Shown piece after piece: positions 28,317 through 37,171 of a stretch of 64,000 nt of DNA. The position numbers and the translations under genes were made by a program. This DNA is from an uncultured Clostridia bacterium (GTDB taxonomy: Bacteria; Bacillota; Clostridia; Oscillospirales; Oscillospiraceae), in NCBI GenBank assembly GCA_945949735.1, contig CAMFFO010000001.1, positions 35,362-99,361 of the forward strand. Direction: 5' to 3'. A model generated the notes under the pieces. It did no database searches. It was not told the origin of the DNA and worked only from the letters and a program-made list of their open reading frames with translations. Numbering within the stretch: position 1 is the first letter of the stretch; each line of letters opens with the position of its first letter.

Positions 28317-30038
28317 TCAGTTGATGGTGTCGCTCAAATGATCCAGGATCATCTGACGCACACCGGAATAAGAGCCCATTCCCCTCAGGACACACTCGAC
28401 CTCATAGCCTGCCTGGGTGAAGATGGTTTTCCAGGAATCCTCCTCGTCGCCTGCCATATCGTTGTTCGCGTGATCCCCTGCAACGATCATCAGCGGAAGC
28501 AGCACCACCTTGGAAGCGTCCGTTGCTTTTACAGCCTCCAGCACATCCTCCACGCTGGGCGTGGCCTCTACCGTGCCGATATAGTAGTTCCGGTAACCCG
28601 CCAAATGGAACTGAGCCTGAAGCTTTGTATAGGTTGCGTTGGCCTCATGCTCCGTGCCGTGGCCCATAAATACAACGGCGGTTCCATCGGCATTGTAAGC
28701 TTCGGTTTCCTCTGCCAGCACGGAAACCAGGGCTTCGTAGTCAGCATCCTCCACAAGCACAGGTCTGGAAATCTTCAGGCTGTCGAACTTGCCTTCGAAC
28801 TTGGAAGCCTCCGCAACCATGTCGTCGTACTCATATCCGGTCATCACATGGGTGGGCTGAAGAATCACGTTTTTCACGCCCTCCTGAACCATACGCTCCA
28901 GCGCCTGGGTCACGTTTTCGATGCTGTAGCCGTCCCGCTTCTCCAGAATATTGATAATGGTCTGGGCCGTAAAAGCGCGGCGCACCTCATAGTCCGGGTA
29001 AGCGGCCCGAATATCCTGCTCGATGGCGTCAATGGTGTTTTTCCGGGTTTCATAGTAGCTTGTTCCGAAGGACACCACCAGGATCACATCCTTCTGACCT
29101 TCCATAGCGGCACGGGCGTGGGAAACCAGGAGCTCCCGGATACCGGCGTACTCTCCCATTCCCTTCAAAACACACTCCACTTCGAATCCAGCATTGGAGA
29201 AGATGGTCTTCCAGGAATCCTCTTCGTCGCCTGCCATATCATTGTTGGCATGATCCCCCGCCACAATCATCAGCGGCAGAAGAACGACCCTTTGAGCCTC
29301 CGACGCCCGAACTCCTTCCAGCACATCCTCCACTGTGGGGGTACCTTCTACGGTCCCGACAAAGTAATTACTGTATCCTGCCGCGTTCAGACGCTTTTGG
29401 AGCCGCTCATATGCGGCGTTCGCTTCATGCTCCGTACCATGACCCATGAACACAATCGCGGTTCCTTCCGTATTGTACTGGGCTGTTTCCTCCACGAGGG
29501 ATGCCACCACGGCATCGTAATCCTCATCGGAAATCAGAAGCGGGTTACTGATTGTGAGGGAATCAAATTTGGAAGTATATTCGGATACTTCCTCCACGAT
29601 ATCGCTATACTCATAGCCCGGCATTACATGGGTGGGCTGAATCACCACATCCCGGACGCCATCAGCAACCAGCCGTTCCATGGCTTCTGTTACGTTATCG
29701 ATTTCCAATCCCTCCCGCTCTTTCAGAATATCAATGATGATCTGACTGGTAAATGCTCTGCGAACCTCATATTCCGGGTACGCCGCCTGCAGATCCGCTT
29801 CTATCGCGCCGATGGTGGCATCCCTGGTCTCGTTATAGCTGGTTCCAAAGGAAACCACCAGCAAAACCGGCTTTTTTGCCTCCGTAGCAGCCGTTTCAGT
29901 CTGCTCTGCTTCGGGCTCCGGAGCCTGGGACGGTTCTGTACTCTGGTTTTGCGTATTTCCTGTCGCGCCGCAGGCGGTCATGGAAAGGAGCAGACAGATT
30001 CCCAGCACAACAGAAATGACTCTTTTCAGCATATTCAT
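28317..30038 (-). CDS. cbiK: Lipoprotein with two tandem CbiK (sirohydrochlorin cobaltochelatase) units
   Basis: Signal peptide with lipobox MTAC; two copies of VVSFGTSY, RRAFT, QPTHVM, FMGHGT, GTVE, PLMIVAGDHANNDMAGD. Confidence 0.9.
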   Translation of the reverse strand: MNMLKRVISVVLGICLLLSMTACGATGNTQNQSTEPSQAPEPEAEQTETAATEAKKPVLLVVSFGTSYNETRDATIGAIEADLQAAYPEYEVRRAFTSQIIIDILKEREGLEIDNVTEAMERLVADGVRDVVIQPTHVMPGYEYSDIVEEVSEYTSKFDSLTISNPLLISDEDYDAVVASLVEETAQYNTEGTAIVFMGHGTEHEANAAYERLQKRLNAAGYSNYFVGTVEGTPTVEDVLEGVRASEAQRVVLLPLMIVAGDHANNDMAGDEEDSWKTIFSNAGFEVECVLKGMGEYAGIRELLVSHARAAMEGQKDVILVVSFGTSYYETRKNTIDAIEQDIRAAYPDYEVRRAFTAQTIINILEKRDGYSIENVTQALERMVQEGVKNVILQPTHVMTGYEYDDMVAEASKFEGKFDSLKISRPVLVEDADYEALVSVLAEETEAYNADGTAVVFMGHGTEHEANATYTKLQAQFHLAGYRNYYIGTVEATPSVEDVLEAVKATDASKVVLLPLMIVAGDHANNDMAGDEEDSWKTIFTQAGYEVECVLRGMGSYSGVRQMILDHLSDTIN

Positions 30039-30359
30039 ACGATACCTCCAATAATTTGAGCAGTCCAAATCGCCTCCACCCTTTCGCAGCTCATGCTTTC
30101 GGATCGTGGAGGGACAAGGGCCAGTGAGTCTATTTTCAGTCCTGCTGGGTGGTACCGGCCGGTCAGGACAAAAAATCAGGCCATGATGCCGCCTGGATGC
30201 CGGGGCCAGACATCCCCGGCACCCAGGCGAACATTCGGAGCGGCAATGGGCAATCTCCCGCTCCCAAGGAATCCATACTGCAAGGGGGTTACAGTACGGA
30301 TGAACAGCAAACGGCTGCGGCAATCCCCCAACAGGACGCCGCAGCCGTTTTTCCGCAGA

Positions 30360-30396
30360 CAAACAACAACCGTCAAGCCCATAACCGGGGCCGACG
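30360..30396 (-). terminator. Probable terminator-type expression platform of the riboswitch
   Basis: CGTCGGCCC-loop-GGGCTTGACG followed by GTTGTTGTTTG on minus strand, right after the aptamer. Confidence 0.5.
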
Positions 30397-30407
30397 TGAA
30401 TTGCAAA

Positions 30408-30585
30408 CAAGCAGGTCTCCTGACTCGCGCCTCATAAGCTCTCACACAGTCTTCTCAGATTACTCCAATGACCGACTTTCGTCATGGTGAGGCCTCCGCG
30501 CATACAGTGGCGGTACCGTTCCGGATTCTGACCGGATTCACTATTCTCCACCGGAGCCGAACGCACCCCGGCGGCACTTGCATGC
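30408..30585 (-). ncRNA. Cobalamin (AdoCbl) riboswitch controlling the cbi operon
   Basis: AAGTGC..AATAGTGAATCCGGTCAGAATCCGGAACGGTACCGCCACTGT, GTCATTGG..GAGAAGAC, GAGTCAGGAGACCTGC B12 box. Confidence 0.93.
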
Positions 30586-30601
30586 TTATTCGATTGTCCC
30601 C

Positions 30602-30630
30602 ATTATACTCCTTTGGAGCAGGTTTGTCAA
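30602..30630 (-). promoter_or_regulatory. Consensus sigma-A promoter of cbi operon
   Basis: TTGACA-17 bp-TATAAT, perfect consensus. Confidence 0.9.
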
Positions 30631-30656
30631 CACCAAAAACGTGTTCTCCCTGCCGC

Positions 30657-30685
30657 TTGACAGTGCCGCGGCAAAAGAGTATAGT
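30657..30685 (+). promoter_or_regulatory. Divergent sigma-A promoter
   Basis: TTGACA-17 bp-TATAGT. Confidence 0.8.
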
Positions 30686-30711
30686 AGTGAAAAAACGAGG
30701 AGGTACACAGG

Positions 30712-31251
30712 ATGGAAACAGAGCAGATGCTTTCCTGTGCTTATGAAGAGGGTTTTTCCGCCGCGGCGGTCGTTGACCCTTCGGAAATTGTATTTGATCC
30801 AGCCTTCCGCCCCTATTGCCAGGAGAATCTATGCGGGCAATACGGAATCAACTATTCCTGCCCCCCGGACTGCGGAAGTCCGGACGAGATGCGCGATAGA
30901 GTTCTGTCCCACAAAAAGGCCCTTGTTCTACAAACCATATGGGAGATTCCTGACCTCTCTGACGCCGGAGCAATCAAAAAAGCGAAGGTTTCTCACAATG
31001 CCGCCCAGATTCGCCTTGCGAAACGGTTCCGGAGTGAGGGACGCCCCGGCTTCCTGGTGGGCGCCAGCGGCTGCGCCCTGTGCAATCCCTGCGCCAAAGC
31101 CCAGGGGAAACCCTGCCGGTTCCCGGATGATCAGTATTCCTGTATGTCTGCCTACTGTATTTTCGTCCGGAAGCTGGCAGAAAAATGCGAAATGGAGTAT
31201 AACCTCCCCGACGGGCTTTTGGCTTTCTTTGGAATGTATGTTTTTGACTGA
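30712..31251 (+). CDS. Cys-rich predicted metal-binding protein (DUF2284-like)
   Basis: C..N.CG.YG.N.SCPP and GCALC..C...PCRFP..MSAY patterns; GAGGAGG RBS. Confidence 0.82.
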   Translation: METEQMLSCAYEEGFSAAAVVDPSEIVFDPAFRPYCQENLCGQYGINYSCPPDCGSPDEMRDRVLSHKKALVLQTIWEIPDLSDAGAIKKAKVSHNAAQIRLAKRFRSEGRPGFLVGASGCALCNPCAKAQGKPCRFPDDQYSCMSAYCIFVRKLAEKCEMEYNLPDGLLAFFGMYVFD

Positions 31252-31264
31252 ACACCGACTATGA

Positions 31265-31299
31265 AATACCGCCCAATCCATTCCGGATTGGGCGGTATT
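31265..31299. terminator. Bidirectional terminator
   Basis: AATACCGCCCAATCC-ATTCC-GGATTGGGCGGTATT. Confidence 0.75.
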
Positions 31300-31304
31300 A
31301 TGCA

Positions 31305-33053
31305 TTAATGCGCAAACTGACTCTGATACAGCCGGGCATAGAATCCATTTCGCCGCAGAAGCTCATCATGGGTTCCCTGCTCCACAATGTGTCCCTCCCG
31401 CATGACCAGGATCACATCCGCTTCCCGGATGGTGGACAGCCGGTGGGCCACAATGAAGGAGGTTCTGCCCTCCATCATGGTATTGAACGCTTTCTGAATT
31501 CTGATCTCCGTCCGGGTGTCGATGGAGGAGGTTGCCTCGTCCAGAAACAGCATGGGCGGCAGACACAGCATTACCCGGGCAATACAAAGCAGCTGCTTCT
31601 GCCCCTGGGAAAGAGCCCCACCGGACTCACCGATCATGGTATCATACCCCTGAGGAAGCCGCATGATAAAGCTGTGGGCATGGGCCTGTTTTGCCGCCGC
31701 AACCACCTGCTCCTGCGTGGCATCCGGCTTTCCCATGGTGATATTCTCCCGGATGGTTCCCGCCTTGAGCCAGGTGTCCTGGAGCACCATTCCCACACAT
31801 CTGCGAAGCTCTCCCCGGTTCATATCCCGGGTGTTCACGCCGTCGAGAAGGATTTCTCCACCCTGAGGATCGTAAAAGCGCATCAGAAGATTGATAAAAG
31901 TGGTTTTTCCACAGCCGGTGGGCCCCACAATCGCCACCCGCTGTCCCGGCTCCACGGAAAGCTGAAAATCGTCGATCAGAGGTTTCTCCGGCGCGTAAGA
32001 GAAACGAAGGTTCTTGATTTCCACCTTCCCTTTCACTTCCTGGGGCCGCTGGGGATTCTCCGGTTCCGGGCTTCTGGCAGGCGCTTCGATCAGCTCAAAG
32101 ACTCTTCCCGCGCAGGCCAGCGCGTTTTGCAGCTCCGTGATCACGCCGGAAATCTCGTTGAAGGGTTTTGTATACTGGTTGGCATAGTTAAGGAAGCTTG
32201 TCAGATTGCCGACCGTAATCCCACCCGCAATGGCCGCCAGCGCACCGGTAAGACCCACCAATGCGTAAACCACGGAATTGACAAAACGGGTACAGGGATT
32301 GGTCAATGAGGAAAAGAAGATCGCCCGGAGAGAGCATTTTTTCAGCCGTTCATTCACCTCGTCAAACTGCTCCAGAGACTGCCCCTGATGCCCAAAGGCC
32401 TGGACCACCTTAATCTGTCCGATGGTTTCGTCAATCAACCCCGTCTGTTCACCCCGGGTTACCGTCTGAAGCCGGAACATGGAATAGGTCCTGGTGGCAA
32501 TAAAATTCGCGACCACCAACGACAGTGGGGTGACAAAAATCACCACCAGCGCGATTCCCCAGTGAAGCCGAAGCATAAACATCAGCGTTCCAAGAATGGT
32601 CATGACCCCGGTAAACAGCTGAGTAAAGCCCATCAGCAGCCCGTCGGCAAAGGTGTCCACATCGGAAATAACCCGGCTCACCACATCCCCCTGGGGATGG
32701 GCGTCCAGATAACTCAGCGGCAACACCTGAATGTGGCGAAACGCCTCATTCCGGATATCCCGGGTCACCCGGTAGGTCATCCGGTTGTTGATCTGGCTCA
32801 TAATCCACTGAGAAACCGCCGCGATCAGACTGCAGGCTGCCACCTGCCACAAAAACCCCTTCATAGCGGAAAAGTCTACCCGCCCCATGTCCACAATGCA
32901 GTCAATGGCGTTCCCCACCAGAATCGGGATGTATAGTGTCATGACCACATACACGGTTGCAAGAACCAGGGATGCAGCCACCCCTGCCCAGTAGGGACGA
33001 ATCCGCTGCAGAACCTTCTTCAGAATATCCTTCTGACTCATCAGATTAGCCAC
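31305..33053 (-). CDS. Heterodimeric ABC exporter subunit (TMD+NBD, consensus Walker B)
   Basis: Six TMs, [28 protein letters not shown]. Confidence 0.93.
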   Translation of the reverse strand: MANLMSQKDILKKVLQRIRPYWAGVAASLVLATVYVVMTLYIPILVGNAIDCIVDMGRVDFSAMKGFLWQVAACSLIAAVSQWIMSQINNRMTYRVTRDIRNEAFRHIQVLPLSYLDAHPQGDVVSRVISDVDTFADGLLMGFTQLFTGVMTILGTLMFMLRLHWGIALVVIFVTPLSLVVANFIATRTYSMFRLQTVTRGEQTGLIDETIGQIKVVQAFGHQGQSLEQFDEVNERLKKCSLRAIFFSSLTNPCTRFVNSVVYALVGLTGALAAIAGGITVGNLTSFLNYANQYTKPFNEISGVITELQNALACAGRVFELIEAPARSPEPENPQRPQEVKGKVEIKNLRFSYAPEKPLIDDFQLSVEPGQRVAIVGPTGCGKTTFINLLMRFYDPQGGEILLDGVNTRDMNRGELRRCVGMVLQDTWLKAGTIRENITMGKPDATQEQVVAAAKQAHAHSFIMRLPQGYDTMIGESGGALSQGQKQLLCIARVMLCLPPMLFLDEATSSIDTRTEIRIQKAFNTMMEGRTSFIVAHRLSTIREADVILVMREGHIVEQGTHDELLRRNGFYARLYQSQFAH

Positions 33054-34773
33054 GGTCCGTCACCTCCTTCGGAAACTGGGAGTAGTAAATCTCCTGATAC
33101 ACAGCACAGTTCTCCAGCAGCTCTTCGTGAGTTCCCTTTCCTGCCAGTGCTCCGTCCTCCAGCACCAGGATCTCATCGGCGTAACGCACAGAGGCCGCCC
33201 GCTGGGATACGATGAAGGTCGTCGGCGGATTTTTCATATTCCGGATCGCTTTGCGAAGGGCCGCATCCGTCGCATAGTCCAGAGCGGAGGCGCTGTCATC
33301 CAGTATCAGAATCCTGGGGCAGCGAACCAAGGCCCTTGCAATGGTGAGCCGCTGCCGCTGACCTCCGGAGAAGTTCACACCGCCCTGCTCCACCTGGGCA
33401 TCCAGCTCCCCGTCCTTGTCCTTGACAACCTCCCGGGCCTGGGCCGTATCCAACGCGGCCCAGAGGGTGTCATCCGAAGCGTCTTTGTTTCCCCATAGGA
33501 GATTCTGGCGAATGGTGCCCTTAAACAGCACCGCCTTCTGAGGGACAATCCCGATCTGATGCCGCAGGGAGTCCATATCGTATTGCCCCACGCTGACTCC
33601 ATCCACCAGCACATCCCCCTCCGAGGCGTCGTACAGCCTGGGGATCAAGTTCACCAGGGTGGTCTTGCCGGACCCGGTGCCGCCGATGATGCCGATGGTC
33701 TGTCCCGGCTTTGCAAGGAAGGAGATTTGAGATAGAGCGGGATTCCCGGAGGCACTGTACCTGGCCTCCACATTACGGAATTCCACTTCCCCGGTGATAT
33801 TCTCTGCGGACAGGGTCCCGTTTGCCTGATCGGGCTGGGTATCCAATACCGCTGAGATCCGGTTCCCGCAGGCCGCCGCCTTGGTCATGGTGATGATCAG
33901 ATTCGCCATCTTGATCAGCTCCACCAGGATCTGGGACATATAGTTGTACAGCGCGATCACCATGCCCTGGGTGAGAATTCCGCTGTTCACCTTCACAGCG
34001 CCGATCTGAATCAGAAGCACCACCGCAAGATTGATCACCACATAGGTAACCGGGTTCAACAATACCGAAATACCCCCCGCGGAAAGCTGCCTGTCCGCCA
34101 GGTCATTGGTCATTTTCTGGAAGGAACGGACCTCGTCGTTCTCCTTGCAGAAAGCCCGCAGCACACGAACACCGGTGAGGTTCTGCCGCGTCGCGGAGGT
34201 GACCCGATCCAACGCACCCTGCACCCGTTTGTACATGGGCATGGTGATCAGCATGATCCCAAAAACGATCAGGCAGAGCACCGGGATAACACCTGCGAAT
34301 ACCAACGCGGTCTGCGCATCAATGGTAAACGCCATAATCATCGCGCCGAAAACCACAAACGGGGAACGGAGCAGCAGCCGCAGGGTTAGGTTGACACCGT
34401 TCTGCACCTGATTAATGTCCGCGGTCATCCGGGTAATCATGGTAGAGGTTCCCATCGAATCAATCTGGCTGTAGCTCAGACCCAGGACACGTTCCAAGAC
34501 CGCGTGGCGCAGCCGGGCAGAGAAGCCTACCGCTGCTCCTGCCGCAAAATACTGGGCGGTAACCGCGCAGATTAATCCGATAATTCCCAGCGCCACCATC
34601 AGGCAGCACATTTTCAGGATGTATCCCCGATCCATCCGGGCAATGCCGTTATCCACAATCCGGGCGACAACCAAGGGAATTACCAGTTCAAAGGCTGCTT
34701 CCAGCAGTTTAAACAGCGGGCCCAAAGCACATTCCCGGCCATACCCTTTCATGTACTTCAATAGTTGCTTCAA
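33046..34773 (-). CDS. Heterodimeric ABC exporter subunit (TMD+NBD, degenerate site)
   Basis: GGTGSGKT, FSGGQRQR, degenerate LDDSAS and VSQR; TTG start after GAGGTGAGG. Confidence 0.92.
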   Translation of the reverse strand: MKQLLKYMKGYGRECALGPLFKLLEAAFELVIPLVVARIVDNGIARMDRGYILKMCCLMVALGIIGLICAVTAQYFAAGAAVGFSARLRHAVLERVLGLSYSQIDSMGTSTMITRMTADINQVQNGVNLTLRLLLRSPFVVFGAMIMAFTIDAQTALVFAGVIPVLCLIVFGIMLITMPMYKRVQGALDRVTSATRQNLTGVRVLRAFCKENDEVRSFQKMTNDLADRQLSAGGISVLLNPVTYVVINLAVVLLIQIGAVKVNSGILTQGMVIALYNYMSQILVELIKMANLIITMTKAAACGNRISAVLDTQPDQANGTLSAENITGEVEFRNVEARYSASGNPALSQISFLAKPGQTIGIIGGTGSGKTTLVNLIPRLYDASEGDVLVDGVSVGQYDMDSLRHQIGIVPQKAVLFKGTIRQNLLWGNKDASDDTLWAALDTAQAREVVKDKDGELDAQVEQGGVNFSGGQRQRLTIARALVRCPRILILDDSASALDYATDAALRKAIRNMKNPPTTFIVSQRAASVRYADEILVLEDGALAGKGTHEELLENCAVYQEIYYSQFPKEVTDRG

Positions 34774-34877
34774 ATCCCTCACCTCACCAAATACACAAGC
34801 ATTATACCACGCCTTTCCCGGAAATGCAAACCATATCCAGAGGCTTCTTCTGTATGGCATCCATCCAATTCTTTTTT

Positions 34878-34939
34878 GCAAAGCACGCTTGACAAATTAT
34901 GCAAAGCGTGCTATACTTTTTTCGCAAAGTTAACTTAGC
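34878..34939 (+). promoter_or_regulatory. Sigma-A promoter with three operator-like repeats
   Basis: TTGACA(34889)-17 bp-TATACT; GCAAAG-N4-CTNNNC boxes at 34878, 34901, 34924. Confidence 0.75.
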
Positions 34940-34978
34940 ATATTCATCCCGGACGCGGTGATGAAGGAAAGGGACCCT

Positions 34979-35182
34979 ATGAAAACCAGAATCCGCGAGC
35001 TTCGCAAGAGCCGCAAACTCTCTCAGGAGGAGCTGGCTGACGCCGTGGGAACAACCCGGCAGACCATCACCTCCATCGAGGTCGGAAAATACACCGCCTC
35101 ACTGCCCCTGGCATACAAAATCGCCCATTATTTCGGGCTGACAATCGAAGAAGTATTTGACTTCTCGGATTTGGAGGAATGA
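34979..35182 (+). CDS. Small XRE/Cro-C1 HTH regulator
   Basis: IRELRK..LSQEELA..VGTTRQTI.SIE.GKY.ASL.LA. Confidence 0.92.
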   Translation: MKTRIRELRKSRKLSQEELADAVGTTRQTITSIEVGKYTASLPLAYKIAHYFGLTIEEVFDFSDLEE

Positions 35183-35185
35183 ATT

Positions 35186-35656
35186 ATGGATAATTTTAGA
35201 GAAAAACTCAGAATTCAGAACCTGATCATGGCAATTGGCTGCTTCGTCCTGGCAGTATTCTGCCTGCTGTTCACCGCAGGAGAAGCAGGGATACTTCCCT
35301 TCCTCACCCCAGCAGCGGGCGACAGCCATTGGCAGTCCATGTGGCGGGGCTTTGTCACCGGCGCGTCCTTTGCAATACTTGCTTTTCTGATTTTCGGATT
35401 GGTCAGAAACACCCGTGCCCTTCACAATGAAAAGCTTCTGAAAAAGCTGTACATCAAAGAGCACGACGAACGCTCTATCCAGGTCTGGACCTCCGCCCGT
35501 GCGGCTGCCTTTCAGGCATTTCTGCTCCTGGGCCTTGTCGCAATCGTGGCAGCAGGTTACTTCAGCGTAACAGTCAGCCTGACTATCCTGGGCTGCGTAT
35601 GGTTTGGGTCCATTGTGGCCCTTCTGTTCAAGGTGTATTACAGCAAAAAGTTCTGA
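35186..35656 (+). CDS. Four-TM membrane protein co-transcribed with the XRE regulator
   Basis: Hydrophobic helices with central DER motif; GGAGG RBS. Confidence 0.8.
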   Translation: MDNFREKLRIQNLIMAIGCFVLAVFCLLFTAGEAGILPFLTPAAGDSHWQSMWRGFVTGASFAILAFLIFGLVRNTRALHNEKLLKKLYIKEHDERSIQVWTSARAAAFQAFLLLGLVAIVAAGYFSVTVSLTILGCVWFGSIVALLFKVYYSKKF

Positions 35657-35668
35657 GAATCGCACGAA

Positions 35669-35698
35669 AAGTGCCGCGCCCGTTTGAGGTGCGGCACT
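35669..35698. terminator. Hairpin between convergent genes
   Basis: AGTGCCGC..GCGGCACT inverted repeat. Confidence 0.5.
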
Positions 35699-35701
35699 CG
35701 C

Positions 35702-36352
35702 TTATTTTTTCACTTCTTTTTCTTCCTTGATCTGTGCCTGTAAATGGACGGAAAGCACAGCCAGGGACGTGGCCATATTCTCGTTTTGAACCAGGATATT
35801 GGGTGGAACATCCAGGTGGGTGGGAGCAAAATTCCAGATTGCCTTGATTCCTCCCGCAATCAGCTGATCCGCCACCTCCTGGGCATGGCCGGCGGGAACT
35901 GTGATAATTCCCATCAGAACCTTATGCGCCCGACAGAAGCTATCCAGCTTGGACATATGGTAAATCGGCTTTCCCTCCTCAGTCTTGCTTAGGGTAGGTG
36001 CCGCGTCAAAGGCTGCCAGAATATTCAGTCCGTAATCCTCAAATCCGGAATATCCCATCAGGGCCTGCCCCAGTTTTCCCGCGCCGATCAGAACCGCGTC
36101 CGTGGTATTGTCATAGCCAAGGAACTGTTCGATATCGTAGATCAGGCTCTCCCGCTGGTATCCAATTTTCGGTCTGCCTCCATCGGAAACCATGGCCAGA
36201 TCCTTGCGAACCTGAACTTCCCCCATTCCCAGGGCGCTGGCCAGCGCCGTAGCGGAGATATTGGGCGGTGCGGAATCCGGCATACTCTTGAGATAGGCAA
36301 GATATCCCGGCAAACGCTTCAATACAGATTTGGAAACCTTCTTTCCTTCCAT
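35702..36352 (-). CDS. rex: Redox-sensing transcriptional repressor Rex
   Basis: KRLP.Y, QVRKDL, GY, GAGKLG, GIKAIWNFAP. Confidence 0.93.
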   Translation of the reverse strand: MEGKKVSKSVLKRLPGYLAYLKSMPDSAPPNISATALASALGMGEVQVRKDLAMVSDGGRPKIGYQRESLIYDIEQFLGYDNTTDAVLIGAGKLGQALMGYSGFEDYGLNILAAFDAAPTLSKTEEGKPIYHMSKLDSFCRAHKVLMGIITVPAGHAQEVADQLIAGGIKAIWNFAPTHLDVPPNILVQNENMATSLAVLSVHLQAQIKEEKEVKK

Positions 36353-36403
36353 GTCACGCCTCTTTCAATCGATACAAAAATATATCGATATAGATTTGTA
36401 TCG

Positions 36404-36432
36404 ATTATAGCATGAGGGTTTTTTGATTTCAA
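36404..36432 (-). promoter_or_regulatory. Sigma-A promoter of rex
   Basis: TTGAAA-17 bp-TATAAT with TG extension. Confidence 0.75.
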
Positions 36433-36462
36433 GTGAAATATTGGAGAACTATTTCGTTCGGT

Positions 36463-37170
36463 TCACGCGCAGCTTGTCTGGCGGAGAAACTCCTTTCGCA
36501 GCCTTTGCATGATTTTCTTTTCCAGCCGGGAGATGTAGGATTGGGAGATTCCCATCTTCTGGGCAACCTCCTTCTGTGTCAGTTCCTTTCTCCCTTCCAG
36601 CCCGAAACGCATAAGCACAATTTCACGTTCCCGTTCCGGCAGCTCCCGGAGAATCTGCCGCAGCACGCACAGGTCCACATCCTCCTCCAGGGGCTTCATG
36701 ATCATATCCTCGTCCGTCCCAAGAATATCCGAGAGCAGCAGTTCATTTCCGTCGCAGTCCATATTGATCGGCTCATCCAGGGAAACCTCTGTTTTCTGAT
36801 TGGAGATCTTTCGGATATGCATAAGAATCTCGTTCTCGATGCACCTGGAGGCATAGGTCGCCAACTTGATATTCTTGTCCATTCGGTAGGTTCCAATGGC
36901 TTTTATCAGACCGATGGTTCCGATGGAAATCAGATCCTCCAGATGCGTTCCCGTATTCTCAAATCTCCTGGCGATGTAAACCACAAGCCTCAGATTGTGC
37001 TCCACCAGGGTTTGCCGTGCGGCTTCGTCGCCATGTTCCATGGCTTCCAGGGCCAGGCGTTCCTGCTCCCCCTTCAGCGGCGGCGGCAGCACGTCGGTTC
37101 CACCGATGTAGTGTACACCTTTTTGGGGAAGCAGCCTCAGTTTAATCAGAATGAACAGCATTCTCTTCAA
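36463..37170 (-). CDS. sigE: Pro-sigma-E sporulation sigma factor
   Basis: Pro-sequence ending [42 protein letters not shown]; downstream of spoIIGA. Confidence 0.96.
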   Translation of the reverse strand: MKRMLFILIKLRLLPQKGVHYIGGTDVLPPPLKGEQERLALEAMEHGDEAARQTLVEHNLRLVVYIARRFENTGTHLEDLISIGTIGLIKAIGTYRMDKNIKLATYASRCIENEILMHIRKISNQKTEVSLDEPINMDCDGNELLLSDILGTDEDMIMKPLEEDVDLCVLRQILRELPEREREIVLMRFGLEGRKELTQKEVAQKMGISQSYISRLEKKIMQRLRKEFLRQTSCA

Positions 37171-37171
37171 A

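Noticed and set aside
28278-30059. 593-aa + strand ORF with an internal repeat
   Set aside because: Antisense shadow of the tandem cbiK gene.
30039-30410. N-terminal extension of cbiK in the ORF track (697 aa)
   Set aside because: It runs through the structured leader; the signal peptide and RBS define the start at 30038.
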